DNA from: Candidatus Multivoradales bacterium
Lineage (GTDB): Bacteria > Acidobacteriota > Thermoanaerobaculia > Multivoradales > JAHEKO01
Direction of reading: 5' to 3'
DNA length: 64,000 nt
NCBI GenBank assembly: GCA_965223855.1
Contig: CBDCXM010000009.1
Coordinates: 960,001 to 1,024,000 of the forward strand
Shown here one piece after another: positions 48,162 through 58,748 of the stretch (positions are counted from its first letter, which is position 1; each line of letters opens with the position of its first letter). Below the pieces are notes generated by a model. That model had not been told where the DNA came from, made no database searches, and was given only the letters and a program-made list of their open reading frames with translations. The translations under genes and the position numbers were made by a program.

Positions 48162-49670
48162 ATGAGAACAGTGTTCTTCCCCTTTCGCAGTGGCCATTCT
48201 TCGCAACCGCTTCTGCCGGCGGCCTGTGCCGTCCTCCTGCTGGCTCTCGCCCCGCTGACGGCGCAGGAGGCCCCCCCTCAGCCAACCTTCCCCACGCTCC
48301 CCGAAGACGCCCCGGCCGGCACCGGGATGATGCAGCCGTGCCTCGAAGGTCTCGAGGGGACCGTCCGCTGCGGCCGCTACCGGGTGTGGGAGGACCGCGA
48401 GGCGAAGGAGGGACGAACGCTCGACCTGGCGTTCGTGGTTGCCGACTCGCTCGGCGAGGAGGCCGATCACACGACGGCGGCGACCTGGTTCTTCGGCGGG
48501 CCGGGAACGTCGGTGACCCGGCCGGCCTATCCGGTGATCGAGTTCTTCGCGCCGCTGCGCCAGAGCCGCGACCTGCTGCTGATGGATTACCGGGGCGCCG
48601 GCAACTCGCAGGCGCTTCATTGCAACGTGCCGTATCCGAGCGGCGTCTCCTCGCGCTTCGGATCGATCTTCCCGATCGACCACGTCGAGGCGTGCCGCGA
48701 CGAGCTGTCGAAGCGGGCGCAGCTCGACCTCTACACCTCGCGCCACAACATCGACGACCTCGACGAGCTGCGCGAGTGGCTCAACTACGAGACGCTCGAC
48801 CTCAACGGTGGCTCGTACGGCACCTTCGAGGCGCAGATCTACGCCCGTCGGCATCCGCAGTCGGTCCGCACGATGGTCCTCAACGGCGTGGCGCCGATCA
48901 ACGTGCGTGGGTACGTGAAGCATGCGCGAGGGCTGCAGACGGCGCTCGAACGGCTGATCGCCGAGTGTCTCGGGCAGGAGAAGTGCGCCGCGGCCTACCC
49001 CGACCTGGAAGCGAAGACCGCGGCGGTGCTCGAGCGCGTGCGCACCGACCCGCCCGAGGTCACCGCCGAGGGTGAGACCGTCGCCTTCGGCCCGGGCGAG
49101 CTCGCCTATGCCCTGAGGGGGCTGCTCTACGGCCGTGCCGCCGAGGTGCCGGCCAAGATCTACGGCGCCGCCGCCGGCGACTGGCAGCCGCTGGCCGACT
49201 ACTACCTGCAGCGCAGCGGCTGGGCGAACAACGAGAACGACCAGGCCGGCATGCACTTCTCGGTGATCTGCGCCGAGGACATCACGCGGGTCGACCCGGA
49301 GATCATCGCCCGCGAGACGGAGGGCACCTTCCTCGGCGACTACCTCATCGGCGGCTACTACGAGGTCTGCAAGGTGTGGCCGCACGCCGAGCTCGAAGCG
49401 TCGTTCTGGGAGCCGATCGAGAGCGACATCCCCACGCTGCTGCTCTCGGGCGACCGTGACCCGGTGACACCGCCGTCCGGCGGCGAGGCCGTGGCCGCCG
49501 GGCTCCCGAACAGTCTTCACATCGTCGTCCCCGGCGCCGGTCACGGAGTCGGCGGACCGTGCATTGCCGGGATCGAACGCCAGTTCGTCGAGTCGGGCTC
49601 GGTCGAGGGGCTCGACACCTCGTGCATCGAGGCGCGGCCGGAGACGGAGTTCGTGATCGCCGAGGACTAG
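48162..49670 (+). CDS. Secreted alpha/beta hydrolase (TAP-like peptidase)
   Basis: FGGPG, DYRGAG.S, GGSYGT, DPVTP, GAGHG; AGGAGG RBS. Confidence 0.88.
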   Translation: MRTVFFPFRSGHSSQPLLPAACAVLLLALAPLTAQEAPPQPTFPTLPEDAPAGTGMMQPCLEGLEGTVRCGRYRVWEDREAKEGRTLDLAFVVADSLGEEADHTTAATWFFGGPGTSVTRPAYPVIEFFAPLRQSRDLLLMDYRGAGNSQALHCNVPYPSGVSSRFGSIFPIDHVEACRDELSKRAQLDLYTSRHNIDDLDELREWLNYETLDLNGGSYGTFEAQIYARRHPQSVRTMVLNGVAPINVRGYVKHARGLQTALERLIAECLGQEKCAAAYPDLEAKTAAVLERVRTDPPEVTAEGETVAFGPGELAYALRGLLYGRAAEVPAKIYGAAAGDWQPLADYYLQRSGWANNENDQAGMHFSVICAEDITRVDPEIIARETEGTFLGDYLIGGYYEVCKVWPHAELEASFWEPIESDIPTLLLSGDRDPVTPPSGGEAVAAGLPNSLHIVVPGAGHGVGGPCIAGIERQFVESGSVEGLDTSCIEARPETEFVIAED

Positions 49671-49688
49671 TTACCGCGCCACCAGGGT

Positions 49689-49719
49689 GCCCTGAGCCCG
49701 TATCCCTCGGGCTCAGGGC
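49689..49719. terminator. Perfect 12-bp hairpin between convergent genes (possible terminator)
   Basis: GCCCTGAGCCCG-TATCCCT-CGGGCTCAGGGC; no U-tract. Confidence 0.5.
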
Positions 49720-49795
49720 TCGGGCTCAGGGCTCAGCGCTCAGAGCCCAGGGCTCAGGGGATCAGGGCTCGGAGCACAGCGCATCGGGGTCAGGG
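49709..49795 (+). repeat. Degenerate heptamer tandem repeat (GGGCTCA)n, about 10 units
   Basis: gggctca / gcgctca / gagccca / gggatca / gagcaca units read directly. Confidence 0.8.
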
Positions 49796-51457
49796 CGACG
49801 TCCGAGGCTCGTCGGCCTCCTCTTCCCAGGCCAGCGTGCGGGCGTTGAGGAAGCCCCAGACGAAGTCGACCTGGAGCACCTCGAGGTTCGGCGGCTGGTT
49901 GCTGCCGTGGAACCAGTCTTCGTTCGGGATGCCGTGGCTCGACAGACCGTAGCCGTAGTCGCTGAGCTGGTTCTCGAAGACGCTCAAGGGGAAGACTCCG
50001 CGCCCTGGGATCCCAGGCGCCAGCACCCCGTGCGCGTCGGCACCCGCGCGGGCATGGCAGGTAATGCAGCTCGAACCGTTCATGAAACCGGCCTCGGTGA
50101 CGGAGTTGCCCAGCAGCGTCGTGCGGCCCATCGAGTCGACGAACTCGACCTGCGAGCCCTTGAGGCGGTAGGAGTGCCATGCCCGATCGGCGGCAGTCGG
50201 CTCGTGCTCCGCCTGGGCGGCCGAGACTCCGATACCGGCCGCGTCGAAGATCGCCGCGAGCTCCGGTCGGATCTTCCCCGGCGCGTAGACCTGATCGCGA
50301 TCGAAGACCCATGACGAGTCCACGAGGTCGTCGCAGCGCACCTTGGGGCGGATGAAGTTGTCGGCCGCGCCGGCCGGCACCCTGTCGGGGCTCCGGTGGC
50401 CGTAGGAGTCGTTGCAGCCGGTGAAGTCGCAGCGGCCGGGGAGGGCGACGTGCTCGAAGGTGGTCCACACCCAGTTGGGGATGTCCTTCGAGGAGACGTG
50501 GAAGGCGACCAGCCAGTGGATCTCCTCATCGCTGCCGTCGGCGTCGGCCATCCGCTTCTTGATGAACGGGAACTCGGGATCGTCCTCGATCCCCAGCGCC
50601 TTGCCGAGACTCTCCGCCAGCCAGTTCGACTTGATCATCACGGCGTGGCTCGGCAGGTCGATACGACTGAGGTCCGCCGACCGGTCGCCGCTCGCCGACA
50701 GGCTGGTCCGGTGGTAGGGGGCGTTGGCCGGAATGTTTCCGGCGTTGGCGGTAAAGACGTCGATCACGCCCTCGGCGTTGTAGAGGTTGTTGACGAACAG
50801 GTACTCGTGGAACGGGGCGTTGCGCACGGTCAGCTCCGAGTTGTCCTGCCGGATGATGCGGCCGATGCTCTCCTGCCCCTCCTTGTCGAGTTCGGCGGCC
50901 GGGATCAGCCGTTGGAGCCGCGAGCCGAGTCCGTGGACCGCGGGATTGACACCGGAGCGCAGACGACGGGGCACGGCTTCCATCTCCGCGGCGTCGAGAC
51001 GCTCCGCCACGAGGTCGCCGCCCGGGAAGAAGGGGCAATGCTCGCGGCTGTTGGCGGCATCTCCCGGCCGGCAACAGGAGTCCGATCCGGGTGACTGCCC
51101 CGTTTCGCACAGCGGCCACGGCTTCGGCGGCCAGTTCTGAGGCTCGTCGGCCCAACGCGTCCACCAGCCGTCGAGCACGGCATCGACGAACAGCTTCCAG
51201 GAGAACATGTCGGGGCAGGTCATCGCCGGGTTCGAGACCCGGTCGTCGATGACGAGGCGCCCCTGGTCGTAGCGCATCGAGCATTCCTCGCCGTCGCGAA
51301 CGTCGGCGTTGAAGTACATCGCGAAGTCGATCTGGTTCTTGCCCGGTGAGCACGACTCGGCGTCCGCCGGAGCGGCGAGGCCGCCGGCGAGCAACAGGAC
51401 GATCGTGGCCGCCGGCGCCCGAGAGCGCAGGTCGGCGGACAGGGGTGAGAAGAGCAT
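49790..51457 (-). CDS. Secreted Cys-rich protein with a single C-terminal CxxCH (putative c-type cytochrome)
   Basis: AAGGAGG RBS, signal peptide, WVWTTFEH, SSCITCHARA. Confidence 0.7.
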   Translation of the reverse strand: MLFSPLSADLRSRAPAATIVLLLAGGLAAPADAESCSPGKNQIDFAMYFNADVRDGEECSMRYDQGRLVIDDRVSNPAMTCPDMFSWKLFVDAVLDGWWTRWADEPQNWPPKPWPLCETGQSPGSDSCCRPGDAANSREHCPFFPGGDLVAERLDAAEMEAVPRRLRSGVNPAVHGLGSRLQRLIPAAELDKEGQESIGRIIRQDNSELTVRNAPFHEYLFVNNLYNAEGVIDVFTANAGNIPANAPYHRTSLSASGDRSADLSRIDLPSHAVMIKSNWLAESLGKALGIEDDPEFPFIKKRMADADGSDEEIHWLVAFHVSSKDIPNWVWTTFEHVALPGRCDFTGCNDSYGHRSPDRVPAGAADNFIRPKVRCDDLVDSSWVFDRDQVYAPGKIRPELAAIFDAAGIGVSAAQAEHEPTAADRAWHSYRLKGSQVEFVDSMGRTTLLGNSVTEAGFMNGSSCITCHARAGADAHGVLAPGIPGRGVFPLSVFENQLSDYGYGLSSHGIPNEDWFHGSNQPPNLEVLQVDFVWGFLNARTLAWEEEADEPRTSP

Positions 51458-51711
51458 GACGCCTCCTTCCGCTGGAGATTGCTGGAATGTGCAAACCAGT
51501 ATGGCCCTGGTGCGCCTGCCGGCGCAAGCGGCTCGACCGGCGAGACCCCCTCCTGTGCCCGGGCCCTCGCGGCCGGATCGCCGCAACAAGGCACCCCCGC
51601 GGAATTGAACCTCCAGGAAGGAACCGCGCACTCATGACCTGACCCTCTGGTCAGATCCGGGTGGCTCTCACAGGCCCGGTGTCATCGGTTACCGTCCATG
51701 GGAGGACTCTC

Positions 51712-52539
51712 GTGAAGAGACTTGCGATCGCCGCATTCCTGGTTTTCTCCTTCGGAGCAACCTCAGGCTTAGACGCTGGATCGGTGGTGCCCTTCCTCTT
51801 CGGTGCGGATGGGGGCCAGGAGGTGCCTCCGGTCGCGAGTTCGGCGACCGGAGGTTGTTACGCCGTGCTCGACGAGCCGGCGTCCCTGCTCAACGTCACC
51901 TGCGCCCACGACCTCGGCGACGCTACGGCGGCGCACATCCACGCCGGCTCGCCCGGGATGTCCGGGCCGGTGGTCTTCAATCTCGGCGACCCCTCGACGA
52001 GCCCGTTTTCCGCCTCGTGGAGCGGCATGTCGGCGGCTGAGATCGCCGAGCTGCTTGCCGGGAACTACTACGTCAATATCCACACCACGACGCATCCGTC
52101 GGGCGAGCTTCGCGGGCAACTCGTCGCCAACGAGTCGTTCGACTTCGTCGCCCGACCCGACGAGTCGCAGTCGGTGCCACCTACCGGCTCGGAGGCGATC
52201 GGGGATTGCACGATCGACTACGACACCAACTTCGCCATGCTGAGCGTCGACTGCACCCATGACGTGGTTGCTCCCACTGCGGCCCACATCCACATCGGCG
52301 CGGTGGGCATGAGTGGGCCGATCGTCTTCAATCTCGGCGACCCAGTGAGCCCCATCACCTTCGACACGATTCCCAGCCCCGCGGAGCTGGCGGAGCTCGC
52401 GGCGAGCCTCTACTACGTCAACATCCATTCCGGCGCCTTCCCAGCCGGCGAGATCCGCGGCCAGGTGATCACGACCCGGCTGTTCGCAGACGGTTTCGAG
52501 TCCGGCGACACGTCGGCATGGTCTTCGGTCCTGCCCTGA
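51712..52539 (+). CDS. Secreted tandem CHRD-domain protein with FADGFESGDTSAWS tail
   Basis: Two copies of QxVPP..S.A.G...TAAHIH.G..G.SGP...YYVNIH...P.GE.RGQ. Confidence 0.9.
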   Translation: MKRLAIAAFLVFSFGATSGLDAGSVVPFLFGADGGQEVPPVASSATGGCYAVLDEPASLLNVTCAHDLGDATAAHIHAGSPGMSGPVVFNLGDPSTSPFSASWSGMSAAEIAELLAGNYYVNIHTTTHPSGELRGQLVANESFDFVARPDESQSVPPTGSEAIGDCTIDYDTNFAMLSVDCTHDVVAPTAAHIHIGAVGMSGPIVFNLGDPVSPITFDTIPSPAELAELAASLYYVNIHSGAFPAGEIRGQVITTRLFADGFESGDTSAWSSVLP

Positions 52540-52779
52540 GCCACCCGAAGGCGTAGTCGCCGAAGAACACCTCCGCAGTAGACCGATCTCCCGGCATCCG
52601 CCGCTGCCGGGAGGTCGAGTTTGCCAGGGTGCAGCGGCGCGAGAAGTTCAGGCTAAACTGCATGAGCGAATTCGTGCAGTCGAAGAGCGACTCGACCCGG
52701 AGGTGGGGTCGCGACAACCCTCGCAGCGGACCCTCGCGCGTCGGCTCGGCCGCGCGCCGTGGGGAGAGAGGAGAGCCCC

Positions 52780-54738
52780 ATGCCGGACGGCCAGAGTAGA
52801 GCGAAGTTCTTCCGCGAGAACCCGCGGGCGAGCGCCTGGGCGGCGCTCGACGAGGCGACCAATCAGCAGCAGAAGACCGCCCCGGGTGCGATCAAGCTCG
52901 GGAAAGGGCGCTACGACGGGAAGCGGGCCGTCATCCTCGGTGCCGGCGTCGCCGGGCTGACCACCGCCTACGAGCTCCTCGCCCAGAAGAGCGGCATGGA
53001 GGTCACCGTGCTGGAGGCGCAAAACCGCACGGGAGGGCGCTGCCTGAGCCTGCGCACCGGCGACACGCTGACCGAGGACGCCGACTCGAAGCTCACCGGC
53101 TCGGAGCCGGGCGAGACCCAGGTGGTGCGTTTCGAACAGCCGGTCGGCGATGCGGCGCCCTACCTCAACGCCGGGCCCGGGCGCATCCCTTCGGCGCACA
53201 AGCGGCTGCTCTCCTACCTCAAGCAGTTCGGCGTCGCCGTCGAGGTCTACGTCATGAACTCGATGTCGAACCTCGTGCAGATGAAGGACGGCCCGCTCGG
53301 CAACGACGAGCCGGTGGTCTACCGCCGCCTCGACCACAACACCCGCGGCTGGCTGGCGCAGATGGTCTACGAGCGGGCCGAGGATCTGCTCCGCTGTTCG
53401 GGGATCGAAATCGCGGAGGAGGACATCCCGGAGCGCACCCGGCAGCTGCGGAGCCTGATGATCAGCTTCGGCGAGCTGATCGCCGAGGACGACGAGCATC
53501 CCGAGAACGTCGGCAAGTACGTGCCGACGGAGGGTGAGGAGGGGTTCGAGAACGCCCGTTCGCGCGCCGGTTTCGACGTCCTGCCGGGCGTCCACGCCGG
53601 CAGGATCGCCGAGGCGCTCGATCTCGCCGCCCTGCTCGAGTCGAAGTTCTGGAAGAAGACCCGCTTCTACCAGCCGGTGGACTTCCTCTGGCAGCAGACG
53701 CTCTTCCAGCCGGTCGGCGGCATGGACCAGGTGCAGCACGCCTTCGCCCGCCAGGTCGCCTCGCTCGGCGGCACGATCCACCTCAACAGCCCGGTGCGGC
53801 ACATCGGCTGGGACTCCGAGACGCGCGAGTTCGTCATCCAGGTCGGTCAGATGGGGACCGAGGAGACGATCGAGTATCGAGCCGATTACTGCTTCTCGAA
53901 TCTCGCCATGCCGTTCCTGCGCGACATCGTCTCGAACGATCTCCAGGGCGAGGGTGAAGGGGGCTTCAACGCGGAGTTCAAGGCCGGCCTCCACGCCGTC
54001 TACAAGGCGCAGTTCGATCCGACGCCGCCGAAGGACTGGAAGCCGTGCGACCTGAAGGACGACGACTGCTACATCCCGCGCTTCCTCGCCAACACCACCA
54101 AGGTCGGCTGGCAGGCCGATCGCGAGCTGTGGCAGGGGCGGCCGATGGAGAGGAGCCACGACGACGAGCACGGTGCCGAGACGATCGACCCTCCGAAGTC
54201 GGAGGTCGGCGTGGTGCCGATCTTCGGCGGCATCTCCTGGACCCAGCACGAGATCGTCCAGATCTGGTACCCGTCGAACGACTACCACGACGAGAAGGGC
54301 ATCCTCACCGGTGCCTACAACTTCGCCGACACCGCCTTCCGCTGGGGAAGGATGGACGTTCAGGACCGGCTCGACTGTGCGCGGCAGGGAGCGGCGCGCT
54401 TCGACGAGACGTTCGCCGCCGGGCTCGACGACGGCGTCGCCATCGCCTGGCAGAACATGCCCTACATCAAAGGCGGCTGGGCGCAGTGGCAGACGGTCGA
54501 CGACGCCGTCGCGCACTTCAACGTCCTCGACCAGGGCACCGGCATCGTCGGCGCCGACGGCACCGAGTCCGACCCGGTCTTCTTCGTCATCGGCGACCAG
54601 ATCTCTTCCCTGCCGGGCTGGCAGGAGGGGGCGATCGCCTCGGCGCTGATCGCGCTCAGCCGTATGGAGCGCCCGGACCTGGCGACGCCGCATCTCAGGA
54701 CGCTGCCCGATCCGCGGCTCATGGTGGAGGGCGTCTAG
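52780..54738 (+). CDS. Flavin monoamine oxidase / L-amino-acid-oxidase-family protein
   Basis: GAGVAGL, LEAQNRTGGR, NAGPGRIP..H, FQPVGGMD, GDQIS.LPGWQEGAI.SA. Confidence 0.88.
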   Translation: MPDGQSRAKFFRENPRASAWAALDEATNQQQKTAPGAIKLGKGRYDGKRAVILGAGVAGLTTAYELLAQKSGMEVTVLEAQNRTGGRCLSLRTGDTLTEDADSKLTGSEPGETQVVRFEQPVGDAAPYLNAGPGRIPSAHKRLLSYLKQFGVAVEVYVMNSMSNLVQMKDGPLGNDEPVVYRRLDHNTRGWLAQMVYERAEDLLRCSGIEIAEEDIPERTRQLRSLMISFGELIAEDDEHPENVGKYVPTEGEEGFENARSRAGFDVLPGVHAGRIAEALDLAALLESKFWKKTRFYQPVDFLWQQTLFQPVGGMDQVQHAFARQVASLGGTIHLNSPVRHIGWDSETREFVIQVGQMGTEETIEYRADYCFSNLAMPFLRDIVSNDLQGEGEGGFNAEFKAGLHAVYKAQFDPTPPKDWKPCDLKDDDCYIPRFLANTTKVGWQADRELWQGRPMERSHDDEHGAETIDPPKSEVGVVPIFGGISWTQHEIVQIWYPSNDYHDEKGILTGAYNFADTAFRWGRMDVQDRLDCARQGAARFDETFAAGLDDGVAIAWQNMPYIKGGWAQWQTVDDAVAHFNVLDQGTGIVGADGTESDPVFFVIGDQISSLPGWQEGAIASALIALSRMERPDLATPHLRTLPDPRLMVEGV

Positions 54739-54867
54739 CCGCTGGCCGTGAGCGGGACGGGCCGGCTCTCGCATCGCATCGCTTCGACAGGCCAACGGAC
54801 GAGTTTCCACGGTCCCATCGGGTCGGGTAACTTGAGCGGACACCGCCCATCCGACAGGAGTCCCGCG

Positions 54868-56628
54868 ATGATCGCTTCTCGAGTTCGTTCTCTCACGCTT
54901 CTGCTGCTGGCTTCGAGCCTGCTGGCAGGTTCGGTGGCTTCGGCCGGGCCTGCCGAAACCACCCCGAGTGTGGCCCTCGAGGCGCTCCTCGCCGATCATT
55001 GGGAGCGAGCGAACGAGGAGCAGGTCTTCTTCCGCAGCGACCCCGATGCCTGGCGGATGAACGGGCCGCTCTCCGAGCACACGGCCGAAGCGCGGGAGCG
55101 CCGGCGGGCGTTCAACGAGCAGGTGCTCGAGCGGCTGGCGGCGATCGACGAGCAACAGCTCCAGGGCGAGGACCGCATCACCTACCGGCTGTTTCGCTAC
55201 GAGCGCGAGATCGAGCGTGAGAGCTACGAGCTCTACGACCACCGCTTCCCCTTCACCAGCCTCTTCGGCTACCACACCTACTTCGCCGAGGCGCCGGCCA
55301 ACATGTCGTTTCTCACGGCCGACGACTACGACCGGTATCTCGTGAGCCTGGCCGACTTCACGCGCTACAACCGAGAGCGGATCGCCGAGCTGGCGGAGGG
55401 GGTCGAGACCGGCTACACCCACTACTGCGAGGCGATCGCCGACTACGGGCGGACGATCGAGACCCACATCGTCGACGAGCCGACCGAGAGCGCTCTCTAC
55501 GTGCCGTTCCGGGAGTTCCCGGCCGCGATCGACGAGCCCGCCCGGGAGCGATACCGCTCGAGAGGCGCCGAGCTGATCCGCGAGGTCATCGTCCCCGGCT
55601 ACCGCGAGCTCGACGCCTTCTTCCGCGACGCGTACCTGCCCGCGTGCCGAAAGGAGGTCGGTATCACGGCGCTCGAGGGGGGCGACGCCTACTACCGATA
55701 CCTGATCCGCTACTTCACCACCACCGACATGACGCCTCGCGAGATCCACGACCTGGGGCTCGCCGAGGTCGAGCGGATCGGCGCCGAGATGGAGGCGATT
55801 CTCGCCACCGTCGGCTTCGAGGGCGACGTCCCGGCGTTCCTCGAGTACCTGCGCGACGAGCCGCGCTTCTACGCCACGAGCGTCGACGAGATTCTCGGCC
55901 GCGCGGCGCTGATCGCCAAGACCGCCGAAGGGGAGCTGCCGCGCTTCTTCGGCTTGCTGCCGCGAGGCACCTACAAGCTGGCTGCCAACACGGGCCGCGG
56001 CAGCTTCTACATGCCGTCCTCAGGCGACGGGACGACGTCCGGCACCTACTTCGTCGGCGTCGAGGATCTCTCCTCGCAGCCGCTCTACACCCTCGAGGCG
56101 CTCACTCTCCACGAGGGGGTGCCGGGCCACCACCTCCAGACCGCTTTGGCGATGGAGCTCGGCCTGCCGGAGTTCCGGCGCACTCTCTACCACTCCGCCT
56201 TCGGCGAGGGGTGGGGGCTCTACTCCGAGTGGCTCGGCAAGGAGATGGGCTTCTACACCGACCCCTACAGCGAGTTCGGTCGGCTGAGCTACGAGATGTG
56301 GCGTGCCGTGAGGCTGGTGGTCGACACCGGCCTCCACGCCTTCGGCTGGTCGCGCCAGGAGGCGATCGACTACATGCTCGCCAACACCGCCGCCAGCGAG
56401 CTCGAGACCCGCCGCGAGATCGACCGCTACATCACCTGGCCGGCCCAGGCACTCTCCTACAAGATCGGCGAGTTGCGAATCCGGGCGATGCGGGCGCGCG
56501 CCGAGGAGGAGCTGGGCGCCGCGTTCGACCTGCGCCGCTTCCACGACACCCTCATCGGCCACGGCTCCCTGCCGATCGCGGTGCTCGAGTCGGTGGTGGC
56601 GGAGTGGATCGCCGGCCGGAGCGAGTGA
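54868..56628 (+). CDS. DUF885 family secreted protein (putative metallopeptidase)
   Basis: HEGVPGHHLQ, EGWGLYSE, RAVRLVVDTGLH, EIDRY..WPAQALSYKIG. Confidence 0.93.
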   Translation: MIASRVRSLTLLLLASSLLAGSVASAGPAETTPSVALEALLADHWERANEEQVFFRSDPDAWRMNGPLSEHTAEARERRRAFNEQVLERLAAIDEQQLQGEDRITYRLFRYEREIERESYELYDHRFPFTSLFGYHTYFAEAPANMSFLTADDYDRYLVSLADFTRYNRERIAELAEGVETGYTHYCEAIADYGRTIETHIVDEPTESALYVPFREFPAAIDEPARERYRSRGAELIREVIVPGYRELDAFFRDAYLPACRKEVGITALEGGDAYYRYLIRYFTTTDMTPREIHDLGLAEVERIGAEMEAILATVGFEGDVPAFLEYLRDEPRFYATSVDEILGRAALIAKTAEGELPRFFGLLPRGTYKLAANTGRGSFYMPSSGDGTTSGTYFVGVEDLSSQPLYTLEALTLHEGVPGHHLQTALAMELGLPEFRRTLYHSAFGEGWGLYSEWLGKEMGFYTDPYSEFGRLSYEMWRAVRLVVDTGLHAFGWSRQEAIDYMLANTAASELETRREIDRYITWPAQALSYKIGELRIRAMRARAEEELGAAFDLRRFHDTLIGHGSLPIAVLESVVAEWIAGRSE

Positions 56629-56683
56629 GCGACGGCGACCACTCTGAGGCTCCACGGCTCCAGCCGACTTCCGAGTTCTCGGC

Positions 56684-57109
56684 TCAGCGAGGCACGACGA
56701 AGACGTCGATGATGTAGTCGAGCCCGTCGCGATGACAGATCGCGGGCAGGTCTTCGTCCGAAGCGGCCTGAATCCGGGTCAGTGTCCGCCGGATCTCGAG
56801 CGCCAGCTCGTCCAGAACCACGCCCGAGCCGCCGGACGCATGTCGCAGAGCCAGCCGGGCCTCTCTCACAGCGCCCTGGCGATCGCCCTGCGCGCCGCGC
56901 GCGAACGCGATCAGGTAGTGACCGGCTGCCGGCCAGACCTCCAGCAAAGGTCCGTTCGGCTCGTTGCGGATCCAGGTGCGCGCTGCCGCTTCCACGGCCG
57001 CGTAGTCTCCGTCGCGCCACTTCACGTCGAGGCCGGGCAGGGTCAGGGCCGGCAGGTGGGCCGCGAACAGCGCGACCAGCAGGGTGAGGGCTGTAGCGAT
57101 TCGTTTCAT
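56684..57109 (-). CDS. Small secreted helical hypothetical protein
   Basis: GAGGA RBS; MKRIA plus hydrophobic signal peptide. Confidence 0.6.
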   Translation of the reverse strand: MKRIATALTLLVALFAAHLPALTLPGLDVKWRDGDYAAVEAAARTWIRNEPNGPLLEVWPAAGHYLIAFARGAQGDRQGAVREARLALRHASGGSGVVLDELALEIRRTLTRIQAASDEDLPAICHRDGLDYIIDVFVVPR

Positions 57110-57240
57110 GGCAGTTCCTCCTGTCTCTCATGGCGCCATCAGGGTGAGAAGAAGGACACTGCGTCCTCGCGACGTGCGCGCAGCTCGTCGCTCCTGCCGA
57201 GCTGACGTAGGCTCGGCATGGTCGGCCACCCGTCCCGCTG

Positions 57241-58119
57241 ATGAAGATCCGACGTCGCCCCAGCCCGATGTTCCGAAGCCTTTTCGTCACGCTCGTCCTC
57301 GTCGAGGTCGGCCTGCCGCTCCTCCTCTTCGTGCTGCGCGACCGGTTCGTTTTCCTGCCTTCGCAGGTCCCGACCGCCGAGCAGGGAATGGCCGCGCTTC
57401 GCGGTCGCGCGAAGGTCGAGCTCGTCGGCGTCCGGCGCGACGACGACCGCCGGCTCGCCGCCTACGACGCGACCCCACCCGACGGCGCCGATCCGACCGA
57501 CCCGGTCGTGCTCTTCCTTCACGGCAACGCCGGCAACCTCGGTCTGCGGGCTCCCCAGCTCGAAGCGTTCGTCGCCGGCACCGGTCTGCGCACCCTGATG
57601 CTCGACTACTCAGGCTACGGCGGCAATCCCGGCCGTCCGTCGGAGAAGACCGCCTACGAAGACGCCGTCGCCGCCTTCGACCACCTCGTCGCGAGCGGCG
57701 TCGAAGCAGACCGCATCGTGCTCTACGGCGAGAGCCTCGGCGCTGCCGTCGCGTTCGGACTGGCCGAGCACCGCTCGCCCGCCGGCATCGTTGCCCAGTC
57801 TGCTTTCTCTTCCCTGTCCTCGATGGCGTGGGAGGTCTACCCGTGGCTGCCGCTCGGCAGCCTGCTGGCGCGCGGTGCCTTCCCGTCGGCAAGCCGGGCG
57901 GCAGAGCTCGACGTGCCGCTCCTCGTCGTCCACGGCACCGAAGACCGGATCGTCCCCTTCAGCGAAGGCCGGAGGCTCCACCGCGCGGCGGGCGCCGGCG
58001 CCGAGCTGCTGGCGATCGAAGGGGCCGGGCACAACGACCTCTTCGCCGTGGCCGGTAGCGGGTACCTCGAGCGGCTCGGCGAGCGGCTAAGGTCGTGGTG
58101 CGGCTCGAATTCGCTCTGA
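57241..58119 (+). CDS. Alpha/beta hydrolase (ABHD13/BEM46-like)
   Basis: LHGNAGN, DYSGYG, YGESLG, HGTED.IVP, AGHND. Start may be 57268. Confidence 0.9.
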   Translation: MKIRRRPSPMFRSLFVTLVLVEVGLPLLLFVLRDRFVFLPSQVPTAEQGMAALRGRAKVELVGVRRDDDRRLAAYDATPPDGADPTDPVVLFLHGNAGNLGLRAPQLEAFVAGTGLRTLMLDYSGYGGNPGRPSEKTAYEDAVAAFDHLVASGVEADRIVLYGESLGAAVAFGLAEHRSPAGIVAQSAFSSLSSMAWEVYPWLPLGSLLARGAFPSASRAAELDVPLLVVHGTEDRIVPFSEGRRLHRAAGAGAELLAIEGAGHNDLFAVAGSGYLERLGERLRSWCGSNSL

Positions 58120-58601
58120 TGGGAGAGATCACGCTCCGAACCACGGTGATGGCGCCGATCGCCACGGTCTTCGATCTGGCCCGCGACGTCACCGCACACT
58201 GCCGCACCTGCGACTTCACCGACGAGGCCGTGGTAGCTCCCGGGCGAACCGAGGGACTCCTGGAACTCGGAGACCTCGTCACGTTCGAAGCGAGGCACCT
58301 CGGCCTTCGCCAGCGACTCACCGCAGAGATCGTCGAACTGGAGCGTCCGCATCGGTTCGTCGACGAGATGAGGCGGGGAGTCTTCCGAGCGCTCACTCAC
58401 GAGCACACCTTCACGGAATCACCGGCCGGGGTGCTCATGACGGACCGGCTCCGATGGACCTCTCCCCTCGGTTTGCTGGGGCGAGTAGCCGACGCGCTGA
58501 TCGTCGAGCGGCACTTGGAGTGGTTCCTCCGGCGGAAACAGACCAATCTGAAACTCCTTGCCGAGGGGGACTCGCCCGAGCAGATCGGCACATCCCAGTA
58601 G
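58119..58601 (+). CDS. SRPBCC family protein
   Basis: AP..VFDL.R, VTFEARHLG, FVDEM.RG.F...HEH.F, MTD....SPLG.LG; TGATG coupling to the upstream gene. Confidence 0.85.
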   Translation: MGEITLRTTVMAPIATVFDLARDVTAHCRTCDFTDEAVVAPGRTEGLLELGDLVTFEARHLGLRQRLTAEIVELERPHRFVDEMRRGVFRALTHEHTFTESPAGVLMTDRLRWTSPLGLLGRVADALIVERHLEWFLRRKQTNLKLLAEGDSPEQIGTSQ

Positions 58602-58748
58602 TTCAGTGTCGCTGGGTGCCTCAATCGGCTCGCGCCTGCGCCCAGTCGAGCCCGACGCCAGGTAGTTGCGAAGCCGCTGGGCGGTAGAGGTCGCGACCGG
58701 CAACACCCCGACCTGAGACCTTCCTGAGACAGAGAAACGAGTAACGAC

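Noticed and set aside
52584-52617. Hairpin after the CHRD gene as an ncRNA or riboswitch
   Set aside because: A single stem with no recognisable conserved RNA motif; at most a terminator-like structure.
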